From assembly GCA_001599295.1 (NCBI GenBank), contig BCGN01000007.1:322433-386432 (forward strand): DNA of 64,000 bases. Direction: 5' to 3'. Below the pieces are notes generated by a model. That model saw only the letters and a program-made list of their open reading frames with translations, did no database searches and was not told the origin of the DNA. A program made the translations under genes and the position numbers. This stretch comes from Sporopachydermia quercuum (Eukaryota). Positions 1 to 13,949 of the stretch are shown piece after piece; positions within the stretch are counted from its first letter, which is position 1, and every line of letters begins with the position of its first letter.

Positions 1-738
1 TTCTTTAGTTAAATCAACATTCCACACCTTTAATTGACCTTGGGCTCCACCACTAGTTATTAATCTAGTTCCATCAGGAGCTACAGACAAATTCCAGCAT
101 TCTCCTTCATGAGCAATATGAGTTTCGACGCATAAATGTGTTTTCAAATCCCATAATTTGATCATTCCATCTTTTGAAATACTCACGAGCCAGTCACAAT
201 CCTCAGGATCACCAGGTGTTCTCAAAAGCTCCATACCTGTAATTTCATCTCTATGAGACCTCAGTTTAAACAAACCGGCCTCTGCCACTAAATCCCATAA
301 AATGATATTGCTATCTTTGGAACCACTTACTAAACGAGTACCTGAATCATCAAAGCATAATTTCGTAATAGCAGATTTATGCCCATTGAATGTGACAAGC
401 ACATTTCCTGCTTGAATATCCCATACTTTGATAGAACCATCGGAATGGCCTGCTGCAACTAGATCGTATTTTGATTCGTAGCCTAGCTGGGTGATTTCAA
501 CTGGTGGCTTACTACTGCTAGCGCTATTTGAACCAGGAATTTCTCCATCACGAAATTTGGAAATCTCCTCTCCTGTTTTTATATCCCATACGAGAATTTC
601 TTCTAATCCAGCAACTAAAGCTCTTCCTGCTGACTGTTTACCTTGTGAATGGCTTGGTGGTAACCAGAGCACATTACAAGCTGATGCTATAACACCAAAA
701 CAGGATTCCTGCTCAAATCGCTTATACGACTTAACCAT
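1..738 (-). CDS. DIP2: U3 snoRNP/SSU processome WD40 protein Dip2/Utp12, 5' part (runs off window start)
   Basis: ATG at 738 (minus) reads MVKSYKRFEQESCFGVIASACNVLW..., matching the Dip2 N-terminus. WD40 repeats follow (GHSDGSIKVWD, FNGHKSAIT, GSKDSNIILWD). Not in the ORF track because there is no stop in the window. Confidence 0.92.
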   Translation of the reverse strand, partial: MVKSYKRFEQESCFGVIASACNVLWLPPSHSQGKQSAGRALVAGLEEILVWDIKTGEEISKFRDGEIPGSNSASSSKPPVEITQLGYESKYDLVAAGHSDGSIKVWDIQAGNVLVTFNGHKSAITKLCFDDSGTRLVSGSKDSNIILWDLVAEAGLFKLRSHRDEITGMELLRTPGDPEDCDWLVSISKDGMIKLWDLKTHLCVETHIAHEGECWNLSVAPDGTRLITSGGAQGQLKVWNVDLTKE

Positions 739-839
739 ATTTATGAGTTATGATTAATTTCGATAGCACGGTTGTATAATCTCAATAGCAACATAACTTT
801 TCATATCATTATCATCATTATAGTTAACGATCAAGTGAA

Positions 840-882
840 TGAAAATTTCCTTTAATTTTCCTCTAACAAATTAAAAAATTTT
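840..882. promoter_or_regulatory. RRPE-like elements (TGAAAATTT at 840-848, AAAAAATTTT at 873-882) upstream of DIP2
   Basis: Motif matches 100-145 nt upstream of a ribosome-biogenesis gene. Such AT-rich motifs also arise by chance. Confidence 0.45.
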
Positions 883-1220
883 AAGGTATTCCCGATTTTG
901 AATTGTGCATGTAGAGTGCANACAAATGCATAGATAATGCATGTTTGTTAAATGATGATGTAATCCAGTTTTTCTAAGTGTTCTGGCATGTTTGAAGCAA
1001 GCAATTGTTAGATAAATTGGAGGGCTCATTTATGGGGATAAGAGAATGATCGATTTGTCGACCGGTTAGAAAGGATACCAATAGACTATTTTATTGAGTT
1101 GGTGTCAAATATAATGCCTGGTTTCCTATAAATGATAGATTCCCTGCTGTAAAGAAGGAATGTGTTTGGATAAATGCAAAATTAGTATTAGTATATATCT
1201 TATAGCGGTGATAGATCAAA

Positions 1221-2386
1221 ATGGTATGTGATAAATGCAGGATATTTAGTGTATTCCTGTTATATTTATATTTTCAACCCAGAATGATTATGATTAGTTA
1301 GTTACTATCAGGCAAATATTTGATATTACAAGTAATGTGATCTTAAGACCGAGCTATTAACGTGAAGTTCGATATAGAGTCAGAAACAAATGGCTAAGTT
1401 CTTTGGTGATGCCACAGGAGCATCATCAACAGTTGCTACAAAGTATCTGAAAAAAGCTGGTTGGTCTATAGAAGATGCTATGGAGTTATACTTCAATGAC
1501 TATAAATCTAGGAATGATCCAGGTGCGCAGAAAAATAGAATTGCAATGAAACAGATATTTGATTCATATAAGGGTATGTTGAAGAGCACCATGATTGATT
1601 TTTATGCTGAATCGAAGTTGGTATTTGAGGTATGAAGCACCTAACAATTGTTTCAGACGAGACTACAGGAATTATAGGCATAGATGGAACAATCAAATAT
1701 TTTGAGGATCTAGAGGTATCATTAGAAGATGTGGTAGTTCTGGCAATAGCTCAGTTATTAGGATCAGAAGCTGTTGGCGAATTTAAAGAAATACCATTCA
1801 TAGAAGGATGGGCAAGTGAAGGGTATGTTTTATGTGCATCTTGTTGATTGGCAGATTATTTCAATATTGCTAGAAATATGAGGAAGACAATAGGATTGGT
1901 TATACTGACTTATGCACAGGGTGAATTCTATTGACAGTATGAAAGCAGTTTGTAAGAAGCTTAAAGAGAGGCTTGAAAACGACAATAGTTTTTTGAAGGA
2001 AGTTTATGGGTTCACGTTTGGTTTTGTGCTAAGTGAAAGTCAAAGAGTGCTACGTAAGTACCGGTATTGATGTATTTTATTGAAAATGGTGATGGTGACG
2101 GTTTATTAGTTTTCGAACACTGACTGATGTTATAGCACTGGAGTCTGCATGTGATTACTGGACGTTGCTACTATCCAAGAGATTTCCTTATATTGTACCC
2201 AAGTGGATTGACTTTGTTAATTCAGAGTATAAGAAGAGTGTATCTCGAGATACATGGAATATGGTATACTTGTTTTTTGAAGAATTAGAGAGAGATCCTA
2301 AGTTAGAGAATTATGATGAGACAGCTGCTTGGCCTTCTGTGATAGATTCCTTCGTTGAGTATTTGCAAGAGAATAATCTGCTGTAA
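1221..2386 (+). CDS. DCN1: NEDD8 E3 ligase Dcn1; exons 1221-1223, 1378-1573, 1657-1822, 1920-2053, 2136-2386 (249 aa)
   Basis: Four introns (GTATGT x3, GTAAGT; branch sites TATTAAC, ACCTAAC, TACTGAC, CACTGAC; YAG acceptors) splice to a 750-nt frame. It has a UBA-like N-terminus and PONY-domain motifs (IGIDGTIKYFEDLEV, KSVSRDTWNM, YDETAAWPSVIDSFVEY). Confidence 0.92.
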
Positions 2387-3348
2387 TTAATAGCTGAAAC
2401 ATGTAAAGTATAGCGTTGAATTATGAGTATATGAATTGTATGATTGAAATAGGGGTCGATTTGACAGCTGTTTGTTATTGTTGTAAATACNCACTTATTG
2501 GTAATTATAGTACTGAAGAGAGTACCAATAGATGTTTGCTATTAGTAGGGAATAAATTGTGTATCTTTTTTTACTAACGTGTGCCGTTACCACTCAATAT
2601 GGCTGATTTCTAAGCTGCAAAGCAAAACATCACTCGACATGTTAATCACATGAGCGCTTCATATCAATTCGAATAACTCCCAACGGTATCACTGATTGAT
2701 CTATCAACCAAATTCTCTTGGCCTTAGTCCATAGTTGCTCTACTATCATTTTTACTTTCTCCTACTTTCTGCTGTTTTATATTCACTTCAGAACAGTATA
2801 CAAATATTCAACTTCAATCAGTTTATATTAAATCACGTGCTTTATCACATGACCCAGTTTTCACGTCTTATAACTCTATCTATCTCTTTTCACTCCATTA
2901 AATATAGAAATTCCAGTTTCTTTGTTCTTCACCCAAACACCTAGCAGATTCACTTTACCTTACTAAAAGCCCTAACAGACATCTCATTCTTATAACAAAC
3001 CTGAAATATCAATCATTTACCAGCAATGGTTCATTATATTACATCACCAAGATACTACTATACCGCACGAATACATTAACACAGCAGAACAGTATAACAA
3101 CTTGTTCATTTGGATTTGTTAATAGAGTCATAGTATTGGACTCATCACTGCAGATTCATACTTGTTTGCCTTTCTTTTGTTGATATAGTACCACTATATC
3201 ACTATAGTGGTGTATAATATCCCTAGGGTGACTGACGTAGCGTGTCATCTTGTAATAAGTATAAAGTAAATGTTGATAATTGGAGTCAATTAAGCAAACN
3301 TTTGGAAATTTTGTACATTTATTTTTTGTATCACTAGATTTGGCCAAA

Positions 3349-5523
3349 ATGATGCCTCAGAATGGTCAAGGGCTACCTGGTCAGCCAAATAGACCTAATC
3401 AACCAGGGCCTGGTGGTCAACAACCAGCAGGTCAACAACGTCCAACCCAGAGAAGAATGACCACTGCTGAAGATATGAAACAATTAGTTGCCAGATATCA
3501 AAATGATTTGAAAAGAGCAAAAGAAGTGGGTGAAAGGACTCCTCAGGGACAGGATTATTTGCGAAATGCTGCTAGGATCAAACAGATTATTGTGAATTTT
3601 AGAAAACAGGTTGAACAACAGCAACAGGCGCGTAATGCTGCTGCTGCTGCTGCTGCTGCCGCTGCATCTACTGGTAATTCTGGTGTCAATCAGAACGTTG
3701 GACAACAATTCCCGAATCAACCAGGAAACAATCTTCGACAGACCTCAATGGCTCCTGGTACTCAACGAATGATGCCACAAGGGCAAGTTCAACCGCAAGG
3801 ACAACCACAGCAGCAGCAGCAACAAGCACAACAACAGCCTGGTCAGCAAGTGCCTCAAAGACCAATGAGTGCCCAAGAACAAGTTGTTCAGTTGATGAAT
3901 CGTCAACGACAAGTCAAACAAATGTTGGAAGAGTGTTCCAAACGGATTGTTGATATTCGTAATAATCTTCGTAATCCTTCCTTGAATGAAGCCGCGGCAA
4001 ATACACTTAGAGAACAAGAAATTGCCTATAAACGTAAATATGAACAGCTAAAGGCAACTGACTTGGCTTTCACAAAAAGAATTCAAGCTTTATCTAGTCA
4101 AGGCAATATTCAAACCCAACAGATGCAGCAGGTGCAATCAACACCACAGTTGCAACCAAATCAAAAACAAATGCAACAAGGACAAGGTGCTACTAATATG
4201 AATATGTCACCTAATATGAATCAAATGACTAATCAACAATTTGCTCGTGCTCGTACAATGGCAACAGTAAGTATTATCGAATGACTTCCACAGAATGCAT
4301 TTTTTGACTAATTATTGAAGCTCATTCTGAATATTTTCCTTATTTTTGGTCAATGATTTTTCTCGTTTTGTTTTGTTTTGTTTTGTTTTCTCCTGNCTTT
4401 TTATGAACAGAACTAACATTCTTCAATATAGACCCCCAACCCTTTGAATGCTCAACCACAACAAAGAATACCAACACCGGCAGAACAGAATTTATTAGCT
4501 CAAAAGAAAGCTGCAACTGCTGCTCAAATGGCAGCGGCGAGAAGGCATTCTGCCAATATCAATCAGCAGCCTATTGGCCAACAACCACCTGTTCCGTTAG
4601 CCGCTGGTGCATCAAATATGAATAGAACAGACAGTAATTCCTCTCTTCCAGGAATGAATCGAACTGGCTCTCAAGTAAATATTGCTGGTGGTGTTCATAA
4701 TCCTGGCGATAAAATGGGTGATCAGTTACAAACAAAATCGTCTCAACAACAAACACAAATACAACCACAACCACAACCACAAAATCAATTGCCCCAACAA
4801 CCACAACCACAACTACAATCACAACAACAATCACAACAACAATCACAACAACAATCACAACAACCGCAACCACCAAACCCTCAATCACAACATCAACAGT
4901 CACAAAGTCCTCAAAATGTTTCCCAGTCAAACTCTGCCAATCAATCACAGCCAAGAAGCAGAACAGGATCAAACTCACCTTCAGTGCCCCTGGGAATGAA
5001 TACNAATAAACAGGTTGTAAGCTCTATCACAATAAGCAAAGATATATCTGTAACACCACCAAAACCAGTCGTGCTCAAGCTGCAGAATCCTACGCTTTCT
5101 GGAGGATCAGCTTTGTCTGCGGTCTCATTGACTACCCCGGCGGCAATCAAAATGCCACATGTTGAACTTCCTGGAGAACGGATTCTATCTAAACGGAAAC
5201 TCAGTGAATTGTTTAAAACCGTTGCTGGAGAAGATGATGTTGACGCCTCTGTTGATGGTGATGTAGAAGAGCTATTGCTCGATATGGCTGATGACTTTGT
5301 TACTAGTGTTACTGCGTTTGCTTGTAGATTAGCAAAACATCGGAAATCTGATACTTTGGAAGCAAAGGATATTCAGCTTCATTTAGAGAAGAATTGGAAT
5401 ATTAAAGTACCCGGTTTTAGTTCTGATGAGATTAGGTCTGTTAAGAAGTTGCTACCAACTCCTAGTTATAACAGTAAGTTGAATGGTGTGAATATATCCA
5501 AGTCTGTTGGAAAAACTAGTTAA
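3349..5523 (+). CDS. TAF12: TFIID/SAGA subunit Taf12; exons 3349-4266 and 4432-5523 (669 aa)
   Basis: Q-rich N-terminus. Phase-0 intron 4267-4431 (GTAAGT...AACTAAC...TAG) joins the two ORFs in frame. C-terminal histone fold (RILSKRKLSEL...DVEELLLDMADDFV...ACRLAKHRKSDTLEAKDIQLHLEKNWNI). Confidence 0.93.
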
Positions 5524-6532
5524 TATATGTATAAATATTCTCAGTGATATTAATTCTACTACTCACATCAAACAGAAAGCTTATTATTCAGTTCAATATC
5601 ATCAGTTATCATCAATCCAGTTGATATTAAAATGTATCAGCAAATAGGGAATGTATTTCATTACTATTNCAGTGATAATAATAGTGAAATATATTCAATT
5701 ATCACCTAAAAATGAAAAGGAATGTGTATGAATACCGAAATATATAATTAATATTCGTCTCATAACTGTCCTCAAGTCAAGTAAAAGTAGTTCATTGAGC
5801 TCTTCCAAGTTGTACCTATATAATTCTATGTTTCTATTAACTTAGCTATTGAGCCATTGAGCCAGATAGCACTCAGCAGAAGCTTAAAAAAGTATTGAGA
5901 TGAATTGGATTTTAAACCAATGAGAGTAAATAAGTATTACAGGTTGTTTACATTGGATAGAAGAGGCACAATTTTGAGGAATAGTAGTAGAAGAGCTGAG
6001 CTGGTTCTCTAGATTCCACTGATTGATCTTTTGAAAAGGAAAAGGATGGATTCAATGATTCAATGATGACAGTATAGAAAGTGGACCTCGCATTAATTGA
6101 TTAAAGAGGTGGAAATAAATGACTCGTTAATGATACCTGTTTGATGTAATGAACCAGTATCAAAGGATTCATCTCTCATAAGAGGATGGCCCTGGTATCA
6201 TATTTCTTATCATGTTTCATATCATATCCAAATTTTAATTGATTATTAATATGTGTAAGAAAATAAAAAATTGACAAGAACTAATAAATGCAATTACTAT
6301 ATTTACTATTTATTTCATGACAACCTCAATTGATCATGATAGTCTGTCATAATTAATATATGTATCATTTTCACTATCATTAATTAATTTATGTATCTGA
6401 AATTAATTATAATTATTCGTAATATAAAATCTCCACCAAAAACGATCACACTCAATGAATGACCGAACGCTTTCTTGAAACTCTCCAGAACACTTCATTG
6501 AACACTGCCTTGAACACTCTTTTAAGCATACT

Positions 6533-9500
6533 TCACGAGAGACCTACACCTAGACTTTTATCATCCTTTGCTCTCTTCTTCCATAGACAATGCTTCTCGA
6601 ATTGATCTTCCAACGCTCTAGTAGTAACAGGTTTCCTAATAACTCCGTCAAAAATGCCTGAGCGAACTGCATCTTCATATAAAAGTGTGGTGGTGATAAT
6701 AGGAGTATCGTTATTGATATTTGGAGTAAATCTAATCAATTTCGCAGCATCCTCTCCGGATAATTGAGGAAGGCGATACTCTACAATGACAATATCAAAT
6801 TTAACTTTTCCTGCACATCTTCGGATCAATTCATCTCCATCAGAACACGTGACAACAACACATCCTAGCTTTTCAATCATTTTCGCTACCGAATGTAGTA
6901 GTAAAGGGTTAGAATCGCATAGAATGACGTCTAACGGACGAAACTTCTTGGTGAATTCACCCGAAGGTGTCGGGTGACTCTGAGCTGATAAAAGGGTCTT
7001 CGGGTCTAATCTTCGGGAAGATTGTCTGCGTTTCCGAACTCGGAGTAAAGCAGCCGAGCTCCGGGAATCTTCCGTATCGGAAGAAGACGACATATCGAAT
7101 ACCCCTGGTTTACTTTGTAAAGATGATTTTCTATCAACCTGTCCCGCTAAAGTATGACCCGCTGTTGTTAACGGTTTTCTTGATTTTGATCCAGGTGCTG
7201 AGACGAAGCCTGCGGAAGCTGCGGAAGCTGTAACTGGCTTAACGGTTAGCTTTGTCGGTTGGCTTAAAAACAAAGGCCGAGTAGATTCAACCGGAGTTAA
7301 GGGAGTCATTACTGGAGTCAGTACCGGACTGCTCTGGGTACTTAATGCGTCATCAGTTTCAACAGCAAACTCGGAAGCTGATCCGGTTCCGAGTCCAACT
7401 AAATCACCCGGTTTCCATCCGGCTCCTGATCCAAATGTTGAAGAGCTTGGAGAATTACTGGGTGAATATGTAACTGAATGCGAGTATCTTCTGGCGCTAC
7501 TTCCTTGCTGTTGCTGGGGGATCGCATTTCCTACGCTAATTCCTTCGACTGATCCTGCGGAACTTGCTGTAGACGTTCTGTGACTGTGGCTGTGACTGTG
7601 GCTATGGCTATGAGTGTGGCTTAACACTGACGCAGGTTGCGGTCCCGTTTGACGCTCTGATTTAAGTTTGCTGATTTTATCCTTATTGGCCTTATCTAAC
7701 GCTACAAGGTTTCGGAACGCAAAGCTTCCAAACTCATCCGGAGGTTTATCCGCTCCGATATTCGGCTCGGAATGCCGACTCGTTCGAGGTCTCAAATGAG
7801 ACGGAATAGCAGATGTTGAGTTTGTAGTCATACTAAGGGGAATTGTAGGTGCTGTATTCAAAGCAATACTACTTCCAGAAGATGCCGGAACCTCCATTCC
7901 AATTCCGATCCCGATTGCTTCGCTGTCCTTCCGGTTATCCTTTCCGCTTTCCTTTTCATCTTCAGGATTTCTATCTCTTATCTTCTTTGATTTTTCTTCC
8001 GATCCTCCAAAATTAGTCATTTCTGCTCCTCGTGAATCAAAATATTCTGTATCTTCTGGATTCTCAATATTTGGAACAAACAACGCATCCGCTTCAAATA
8101 ACCCGTCCCAGTCTATTCTGGAGAAAAATGGATGGCTTTTGATATCTTCCGTTCCGTTTTCTCCTGCTCCTAACCGATCCTCCGGATTGACCCNGAGCAA
8201 TTTTAAAATCAAATCCTTAGCTTCCACAGAAATAAGCTCCCGTTCCTCTTCTTCCGAAACTTCCGGCCATTGAATATTGCAGTTCAGAATATTCCGAAAT
8301 ATTGCTTCGGGAGTTTTCGCATGGAATGGTGGATATCCGAAAGTGAATTCGAATAAAACACACCCGATAGACCACCAATCCGACATTTCATCTTGCCCGA
8401 CACCCCGGATAGTTTCCGGTGCAAGATAATCTGGTGTTCCGACAAACTTCCGGGTCAATGCCGATTTCTTCGGGTCATATAGGGCTAGGTTCACTGGGGG
8501 AGTACTGGACCCGGGGCCGGACATAGAGCCACTATTAGACCCAGAGTTAGTAACAATTCCGGTTCCAGTCCCAGTTCCAGTGCCTGCTCCAAAACCAGTA
8601 CCAACTGGAGATGAATCGTTTGGATCAGTTGAAATTGCACCATTAGAAATAATCCGGATACTACTGGAAGAACTAACCGAGTTAAGATAGTTTCGAACAC
8701 CTAGTAAACTGACGTCAGAGGAATTTGAGTCGGATCGCAATGATCGATGGAAGCTTCGTTTCTTACCCGAATGTGACCCAGAGAGCTGCAGCTGCGCCGT
8801 GGCCAAGGTCGGAGAGTTCCCTGTTGAGTTTGTAGTAAAATTACTCGATGGTCCGGGAGCCGAAACAGAGCTCCGGCGTTTCAAATCCAATCCAGGTGTT
8901 AATCCAGGAGGTCCTGCTGATCCGCTACTTCCACCAGTTACGGCTCCGGCTCCGCTCCCTGTTCCTGAACCATCTTCACCAATATTCGGATATAAAGAAA
9001 ACGGAGGGACGGCAGAAACTGACTCCGAATCCGACACGGCCAGCCCCGAAACGGATTCCCGCTTCCGCATATTCACCCGAGCTTGCCGTGACACCAAACC
9101 CATTCTGCTTAACCCAAAATCGGTCAACTTCATATGCCCTCGGCTATCAATCAAAAAATTATCGGGTTTAATATCACGATGAACAATCCCTCGGCTATGC
9201 AAATCCTCTACCACTATTATAAACTCGGCAATATAATGCCGAACCCAATCCTCGGGTAATGTCCCTAATGCTTTCAATAGTGATCCGAAATCTCCTCCGC
9301 TAAGGTATTCCATTACTAGGAACAAGAAATCGTCNTCGGCAAAAGTGTAATAGAGTTTAGCTACAAACGGAGAAGAAGCTTGGGCCATCATGATAGCTCT
9401 TTCAGCTTTAACGTTTGTAACTTGATTCTTAGCAATCATATCGGCTTTCTTNAGCACTTTGATCGCATAATAATCGCCGGTTAGCTTCCGACGGGCTAAA

Positions 9501-12500
9501 TAAACTGATCCAAAGGCACCTTTGCTTATTGGGGTTACAATTTCAAAATCTCGTATGGAAGGAGACGAAAGCCGAGAAAACGGGGCAGTAGATATTAGAA
9601 GTGGAGACTGAGGGGGTTTGAATAAGGTGTGAGAAGAGTTCAATGCAGGGTTGAGGTCATTCGGGGTTGAGCCGGACCCAGAGCTGGAAACTGATAACTC
9701 CTGAGCCGATATCGGAGCAAGTTGACTATGGGGCAGATAAGGACTTAGTCTGGGTGACCCGGATATTGAACTCTTCTCGGCATTAGTGTTCCGTTTAATA
9801 GATGACATTGGTGATGCGTGCGCGAAGGGAACAAGAGCGGGTGAGTTTTTGCCGGTTCCAACTCCAATTCCATTGTTGATGCTGCTGTTTTTGCGACGGG
9901 GGGAACCAAAGTTGAGGTTTGTGGGGGTCGTGCATGATGAGCTTGAGTTTGCGGCTGGCAACGTGGGGTATTTTCTTACATTGTCGGTAGTTTCCGATCC
10001 CGAATAACCGGTTTGGGTGATATTAGCCTCAGAATTGGTTCCTCCTATTCCGAGACTTGAACCGGATCGCGATCTGACATTCGGAAGAGAATTAACAGAG
10101 GAACATGATGACGGAGCTCGGTTGATGATTAATGACTGACCTAGTTTAGCTGAAGACCCAGATTGGTTGTTGGGAAAGTTGTAATTACCAGGATCCGATT
10201 TCAACCGGGTCATTGGATTCAGCTGAGAACTTATATCTTGTGGCATTGCCGGCCCCAATTTACCNTGTGGCACATAAGACGGAGAAAATAACGGAATATC
10301 GGGTATTTCTCGGGTTTCTGTGGGGTTCTGGTCCACTTTAATCGGAGTATTTCCTGACGCATGTGTGTGTGATTGTGATTGTGACTGGGACTGTGGCAGC
10401 GATTGTTCCGGCCCGGGTAAATCAAGAACTGTTGTGTTAGGACTTATTTGATTCTTCATGCTACTGAATGATGTCTGTGATCGGGTCAAAATAAGGTTAG
10501 AATTGTACCCGGATTGTTGCGAGTTAACAGAACCGGGTCCGACACTGGCACTGCCGCTTCCGGGTCCGGTGCCAGGTCCGGTCCGCTTACTAGTTGACCC
10601 TTCTTCTTGGTCAGAAATGTAATTCTGATCCGGCAGTCTTATTCTATTTAACCGGGACTCCGAATTGCTATGGGAGATGTCCCGTTTCCTTGGGACAAAT
10701 GGAACCGGAAGATTAATTATTGGGGCGGAGGGACTATTGTTTGAATCCGGGTTATATTGGCCGAATGGAAAAGTAAACTTTTCCCTTTCAGGGGCGTTTG
10801 GCTCCGATGGCTCAACTTTGAGGTCAACTGTCAGTTCTGAGGGTGAATTTGACAGAGAATTGGTTTCCGTGCTCCGTTTGCCATCGGCTTCCAGGTTGTC
10901 ACATGTCATTTCCACATCATAATCCAGGTCTATTTCTTCCGAACCGGCATCATCTTTCTCGCCCTCTTCCTCTTCCTCCTCCTCATCATCATCATAACCG
11001 AGCTTCCGTGCCCTTACTTTCTCAATAGCTTCCTCCATTACGTTAAGAATCGCTTCGTCGGTTTCTATCCGGATCTTCTCGGTGTAAACAACGGCATTTC
11101 CCCATCGGATCAAAGCTTCTATCCGGTCCTTACATGCTTTTGCGGTATCGGATGCTAATAACGTTAATGCTGGTATAATGTATTCGGAAGGATTGAATTG
11201 CTGGACTTTCGTTATGGCAGACAAGCAGTCAGGAGAAAACGGTTGTAGTTCTTCTTTTGTAGTTGAAGAACTTACAGATGAGCCAGGTGATCCCGGCGAC
11301 ACGACTTTGGTAACTGTACTAATGCCAATGCCAATACCAATGCCGGTGACACCCCCTGGTCGTTCCGGATCAACCTGTATCTGGGGATCCTTAATTGATA
11401 ATGCAGTGTTGACTAAATTGAGCAGATTATGCAATACTTTAAGAGGCAGTTTTGAACCACTATTTGGGTCAGTTGTTGATCCAAATAAAGGCATTGGTGA
11501 ATTTCTAACTGTGATTGAGCCTGACTCGGTTTCTGAGTCCGAACCGGAATCAGACTCCGATTCTTGATCTAAAGTTGTAACGTTTTTAGGGTTGGCTAAT
11601 GGTGATTGCATCACCATATTTGGTATATGCGTTCTATTGTGACGAGCAAATGACCCCGTTAGAGTCAGGTTACCTGGCGATTCGGTTCCCGTGGCAGTGG
11701 CAGTGGCAGTTCCAGGGGCAATGGATGATCCAGTTCCGGTACTAAACCCAGTCCCGAGACTGGTACTATCAGATTTACTTCCTGTTTTATTGGTTGTGTC
11801 TGCGTGTTTGGCTTCCCTTTCTGAGCTCTCGAAACTGTAAGTCGTTGAGTTGTCTTCAGCTTCCGTCCCAACCTTATATCCTTTATACATGACTTCCTCC
11901 GAAACACCTTCATACCTCCCAACAGCCTCCAACTCATTTATCAAATCCAAAATTCCTCTCCTGTGTTCCATCAACGCTTCATAACATAATTGTGCATCAC
12001 TTTCAGCTTCATGTTCAATAAAACACACTTCTGAATGCTTTTCTAACCACCAGGTAGGAACGTATTGTTCACATATCATACAAATTTCTTTAGGAGGATC
12101 AGGCATTGTCTTCAAGCTCGGAGCAGGGAATACGGGTAAATCGGATAAAGATTGTAAATACGACACTAATACAGAAGCCCCAAAACCTAAAGTATCGGTT
12201 ATTTTCTTCGGAAGGAAAAGTTTGATGTTTCGGGTCTTCCGACATGGTTTCAGAACCCACATCGACCGCAAGGGGTTTCTATAAGGAGAATTATCATGAA
12301 TGAGAATTCCCTGGCCTTCTATCTCCAAGTAAGAAGGGCAAGGAGAAGGAGAAAAAGACAGTTTCCTTGAGTTTTGTTCGGGCTCATATTCAGGGGATAT
12401 GCCGGATTGGGAAGGAGAAACTGATGACAGGGAAGCGGAGGTTGCTGTGCGATGAATTTTTAGATCTTCTGTTATTGCGTAGCTTGGAATAGGAGGGGAT

Positions 12501-13030
12501 ATCCGTGAAGACGGATTTTGATCCGACTGAAGTGATTCCTTTTTTATAACTGCATTATCCAATTCATCCACTGAATCCTCAGCTTCTGGTGAATTTTCCC
12601 TGTTAACTAAGAACCTAACACGATAACTAGTATCATCACTAATCATAATCTCTGTTGCTCTTAAGAATACATTCCGATCTTCCTCATCGCCAAGGATTAT
12701 GTTCCCTATTGAATTTCCAACGATTGTATCGATTTTAGTACCAACAATAGCTTCCCATGATGCAGATATATACTTTACTATGCCACTGAGGTCTAATTCT
12801 AATACGATAGAATTAGTTGGGTTGCTCGCTTGCTTTAAATCTTCATTTTCTTGTTGGTTTAACCTATGCGATTCAAGAGAGCTTTGGTTCTCAGTATGAG
12901 AGTTGGAGTTGGAATTTGGCTGGAGGTGAGAATCTAACGATGTGAAGCTTGGTTCATTAGGGCATGGTTTCAAGTTTGAAGATGATATTTGATTCAAATT
13001 AGGATCAGGTTCATCTTTATGGGTGTCCAT
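6533..13030 (-). CDS. RIM15: Rim15/Cek1 Greatwall-family Ser/Thr kinase (PAS, C2HC finger, split kinase domain, receiver domain), 2165 aa
   Basis: PAS ([17 protein letters not shown]), CMICEQ...[31 protein letters not shown], a long kinase insert, [11 protein letters not shown], and a C-terminal REC domain. Confidence 0.96.
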   Translation of the reverse strand: MDTHKDEPDPNLNQISSSNLKPCPNEPSFTSLDSHLQPNSNSNSHTENQSSLESHRLNQQENEDLKQASNPTNSIVLELDLSGIVKYISASWEAIVGTKIDTIVGNSIGNIILGDEEDRNVFLRATEIMISDDTSYRVRFLVNRENSPEAEDSVDELDNAVIKKESLQSDQNPSSRISPPIPSYAITEDLKIHRTATSASLSSVSPSQSGISPEYEPEQNSRKLSFSPSPCPSYLEIEGQGILIHDNSPYRNPLRSMWVLKPCRKTRNIKLFLPKKITDTLGFGASVLVSYLQSLSDLPVFPAPSLKTMPDPPKEICMICEQYVPTWWLEKHSEVCFIEHEAESDAQLCYEALMEHRRGILDLINELEAVGRYEGVSEEVMYKGYKVGTEAEDNSTTYSFESSEREAKHADTTNKTGSKSDSTSLGTGFSTGTGSSIAPGTATATATGTESPGNLTLTGSFARHNRTHIPNMVMQSPLANPKNVTTLDQESESDSGSDSETESGSITVRNSPMPLFGSTTDPNSGSKLPLKVLHNLLNLVNTALSIKDPQIQVDPERPGGVTGIGIGIGISTVTKVVSPGSPGSSVSSSTTKEELQPFSPDCLSAITKVQQFNPSEYIIPALTLLASDTAKACKDRIEALIRWGNAVVYTEKIRIETDEAILNVMEEAIEKVRARKLGYDDDEEEEEEEGEKDDAGSEEIDLDYDVEMTCDNLEADGKRSTETNSLSNSPSELTVDLKVEPSEPNAPEREKFTFPFGQYNPDSNNSPSAPIINLPVPFVPRKRDISHSNSESRLNRIRLPDQNYISDQEEGSTSKRTGPGTGPGSGSASVGPGSVNSQQSGYNSNLILTRSQTSFSSMKNQISPNTTVLDLPGPEQSLPQSQSQSQSHTHASGNTPIKVDQNPTETREIPDIPLFSPSYVPXGKLGPAMPQDISSQLNPMTRLKSDPGNYNFPNNQSGSSAKLGQSLIINRAPSSCSSVNSLPNVRSRSGSSLGIGGTNSEANITQTGYSGSETTDNVRKYPTLPAANSSSSCTTPTNLNFGSPRRKNSSINNGIGVGTGKNSPALVPFAHASPMSSIKRNTNAEKSSISGSPRLSPYLPHSQLAPISAQELSVSSSGSGSTPNDLNPALNSSHTLFKPPQSPLLISTAPFSRLSSPSIRDFEIVTPISKGAFGSVYLARRKLTGDYYAIKVXKKADMIAKNQVTNVKAERAIMMAQASSPFVAKLYYTFAXDDFLFLVMEYLSGGDFGSLLKALGTLPEDWVRHYIAEFIIVVEDLHSRGIVHRDIKPDNFLIDSRGHMKLTDFGLSRMGLVSRQARVNMRKRESVSGLAVSDSESVSAVPPFSLYPNIGEDGSGTGSGAGAVTGGSSGSAGPPGLTPGLDLKRRSSVSAPGPSSNFTTNSTGNSPTLATAQLQLSGSHSGKKRSFHRSLRSDSNSSDVSLLGVRNYLNSVSSSSSIRIISNGAISTDPNDSSPVGTGFGAGTGTGTGTGIVTNSGSNSGSMSGPGSSTPPVNLALYDPKKSALTRKFVGTPDYLAPETIRGVGQDEMSDWWSIGCVLFEFTFGYPPFHAKTPEAIFRNILNCNIQWPEVSEEEERELISVEAKDLILKLLXVNPEDRLGAGENGTEDIKSHPFFSRIDWDGLFEADALFVPNIENPEDTEYFDSRGAEMTNFGGSEEKSKKIRDRNPEDEKESGKDNRKDSEAIGIGIGMEVPASSGSSIALNTAPTIPLSMTTNSTSAIPSHLRPRTSRHSEPNIGADKPPDEFGSFAFRNLVALDKANKDKISKLKSERQTGPQPASVLSHTHSHSHSHSHSHRTSTASSAGSVEGISVGNAIPQQQQGSSARRYSHSVTYSPSNSPSSSTFGSGAGWKPGDLVGLGTGSASEFAVETDDALSTQSSPVLTPVMTPLTPVESTRPLFLSQPTKLTVKPVTASAASAGFVSAPGSKSRKPLTTAGHTLAGQVDRKSSLQSKPGVFDMSSSSDTEDSRSSAALLRVRKRRQSSRRLDPKTLLSAQSHPTPSGEFTKKFRPLDVILCDSNPLLLHSVAKMIEKLGCVVVTCSDGDELIRRCAGKVKFDIVIVEYRLPQLSGEDAAKLIRFTPNINNDTPIITTTLLYEDAVRSGIFDGVIRKPVTTRALEDQFEKHCLWKKRAKDDKSLGVGLS

Positions 13031-13949
13031 TGTACTGAAAGTAGTTATAATGTAATGTTAATAGAAGACGACTCTGCAGATTGAGGACGTCGCTATATGT
13101 TTTAGTAAGAGTTGTTGATGGTATGATGTTCAAGAAGAGAAGAAAAAGAAGGAAACAGCTCATAACTAGAGCTGAAGCCAGTTTTCTTAGTTTGTGCTTT
13201 GTAATATACTTTGTTTGTGTTTTGTAACTTGCTGAATTATAGATCTCGGTTGCGTTTTGTGGTTGTGGTTTGGCGCTTGCAATTGTATTTTGTCTTTGCT
13301 CAATTTGACCCTGCTACAATTTAATTCAATTCAACTATCATCAATTCGGTTGTCTGCTCCAAGCACCCTCCTTTAATCCAATATTGTCTCTCCTTATCTA
13401 ACCATAAATTAAATATAGTTGAAGCATAGAATACAACTATTGATTTACATATTCTTCCTTTCTTCCTTTCTTCGTTCCTTCCTTNTATTCTTTATCCATG
13501 TGATCACTGATCACAAATCACCGACNATACTACCCTTTGTGTGGTTAACGTGTGGATCATGCAGTNTTGCTGTATTAAAAAAAATTAACTTTATTCAGTG
13601 TTAACTCTATTTGATTCCCTGACCTAATTTCTGTTAGGAAGAGAACTTGAGATTCTNCCTGTTGTTAGTATGAGGGTGGATTGATGTGCAAATTAGGAAA
13701 TGATGGATGAAGGACGTAGATAAGCTGATAAAAGTAACAAGTACAAGAAGGGAAGTAGATCATTGAGTGAAGCTGATAGACGAGATTAATGGGTCTATTC
13801 AAAGATGTATATGAGAGAAATTCGGGTAGCTTATGGTTTATCACATAGAAAGTGTATGTTTTCTTGGAAAGGTATTCTAATCTACACACGTTCAAGTAAT
13901 GAATCTTGTAATAACTAACTATACATATGCAGCAGATTCTCCTTATTAG

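Noticed and set aside
6779..6800. Rim15 receiver domain has Glu in place of the phospho-acceptor Asp (DIVIVE)
   Set aside because: Loss of this Asp is a known property of Rim15-family receiver domains.
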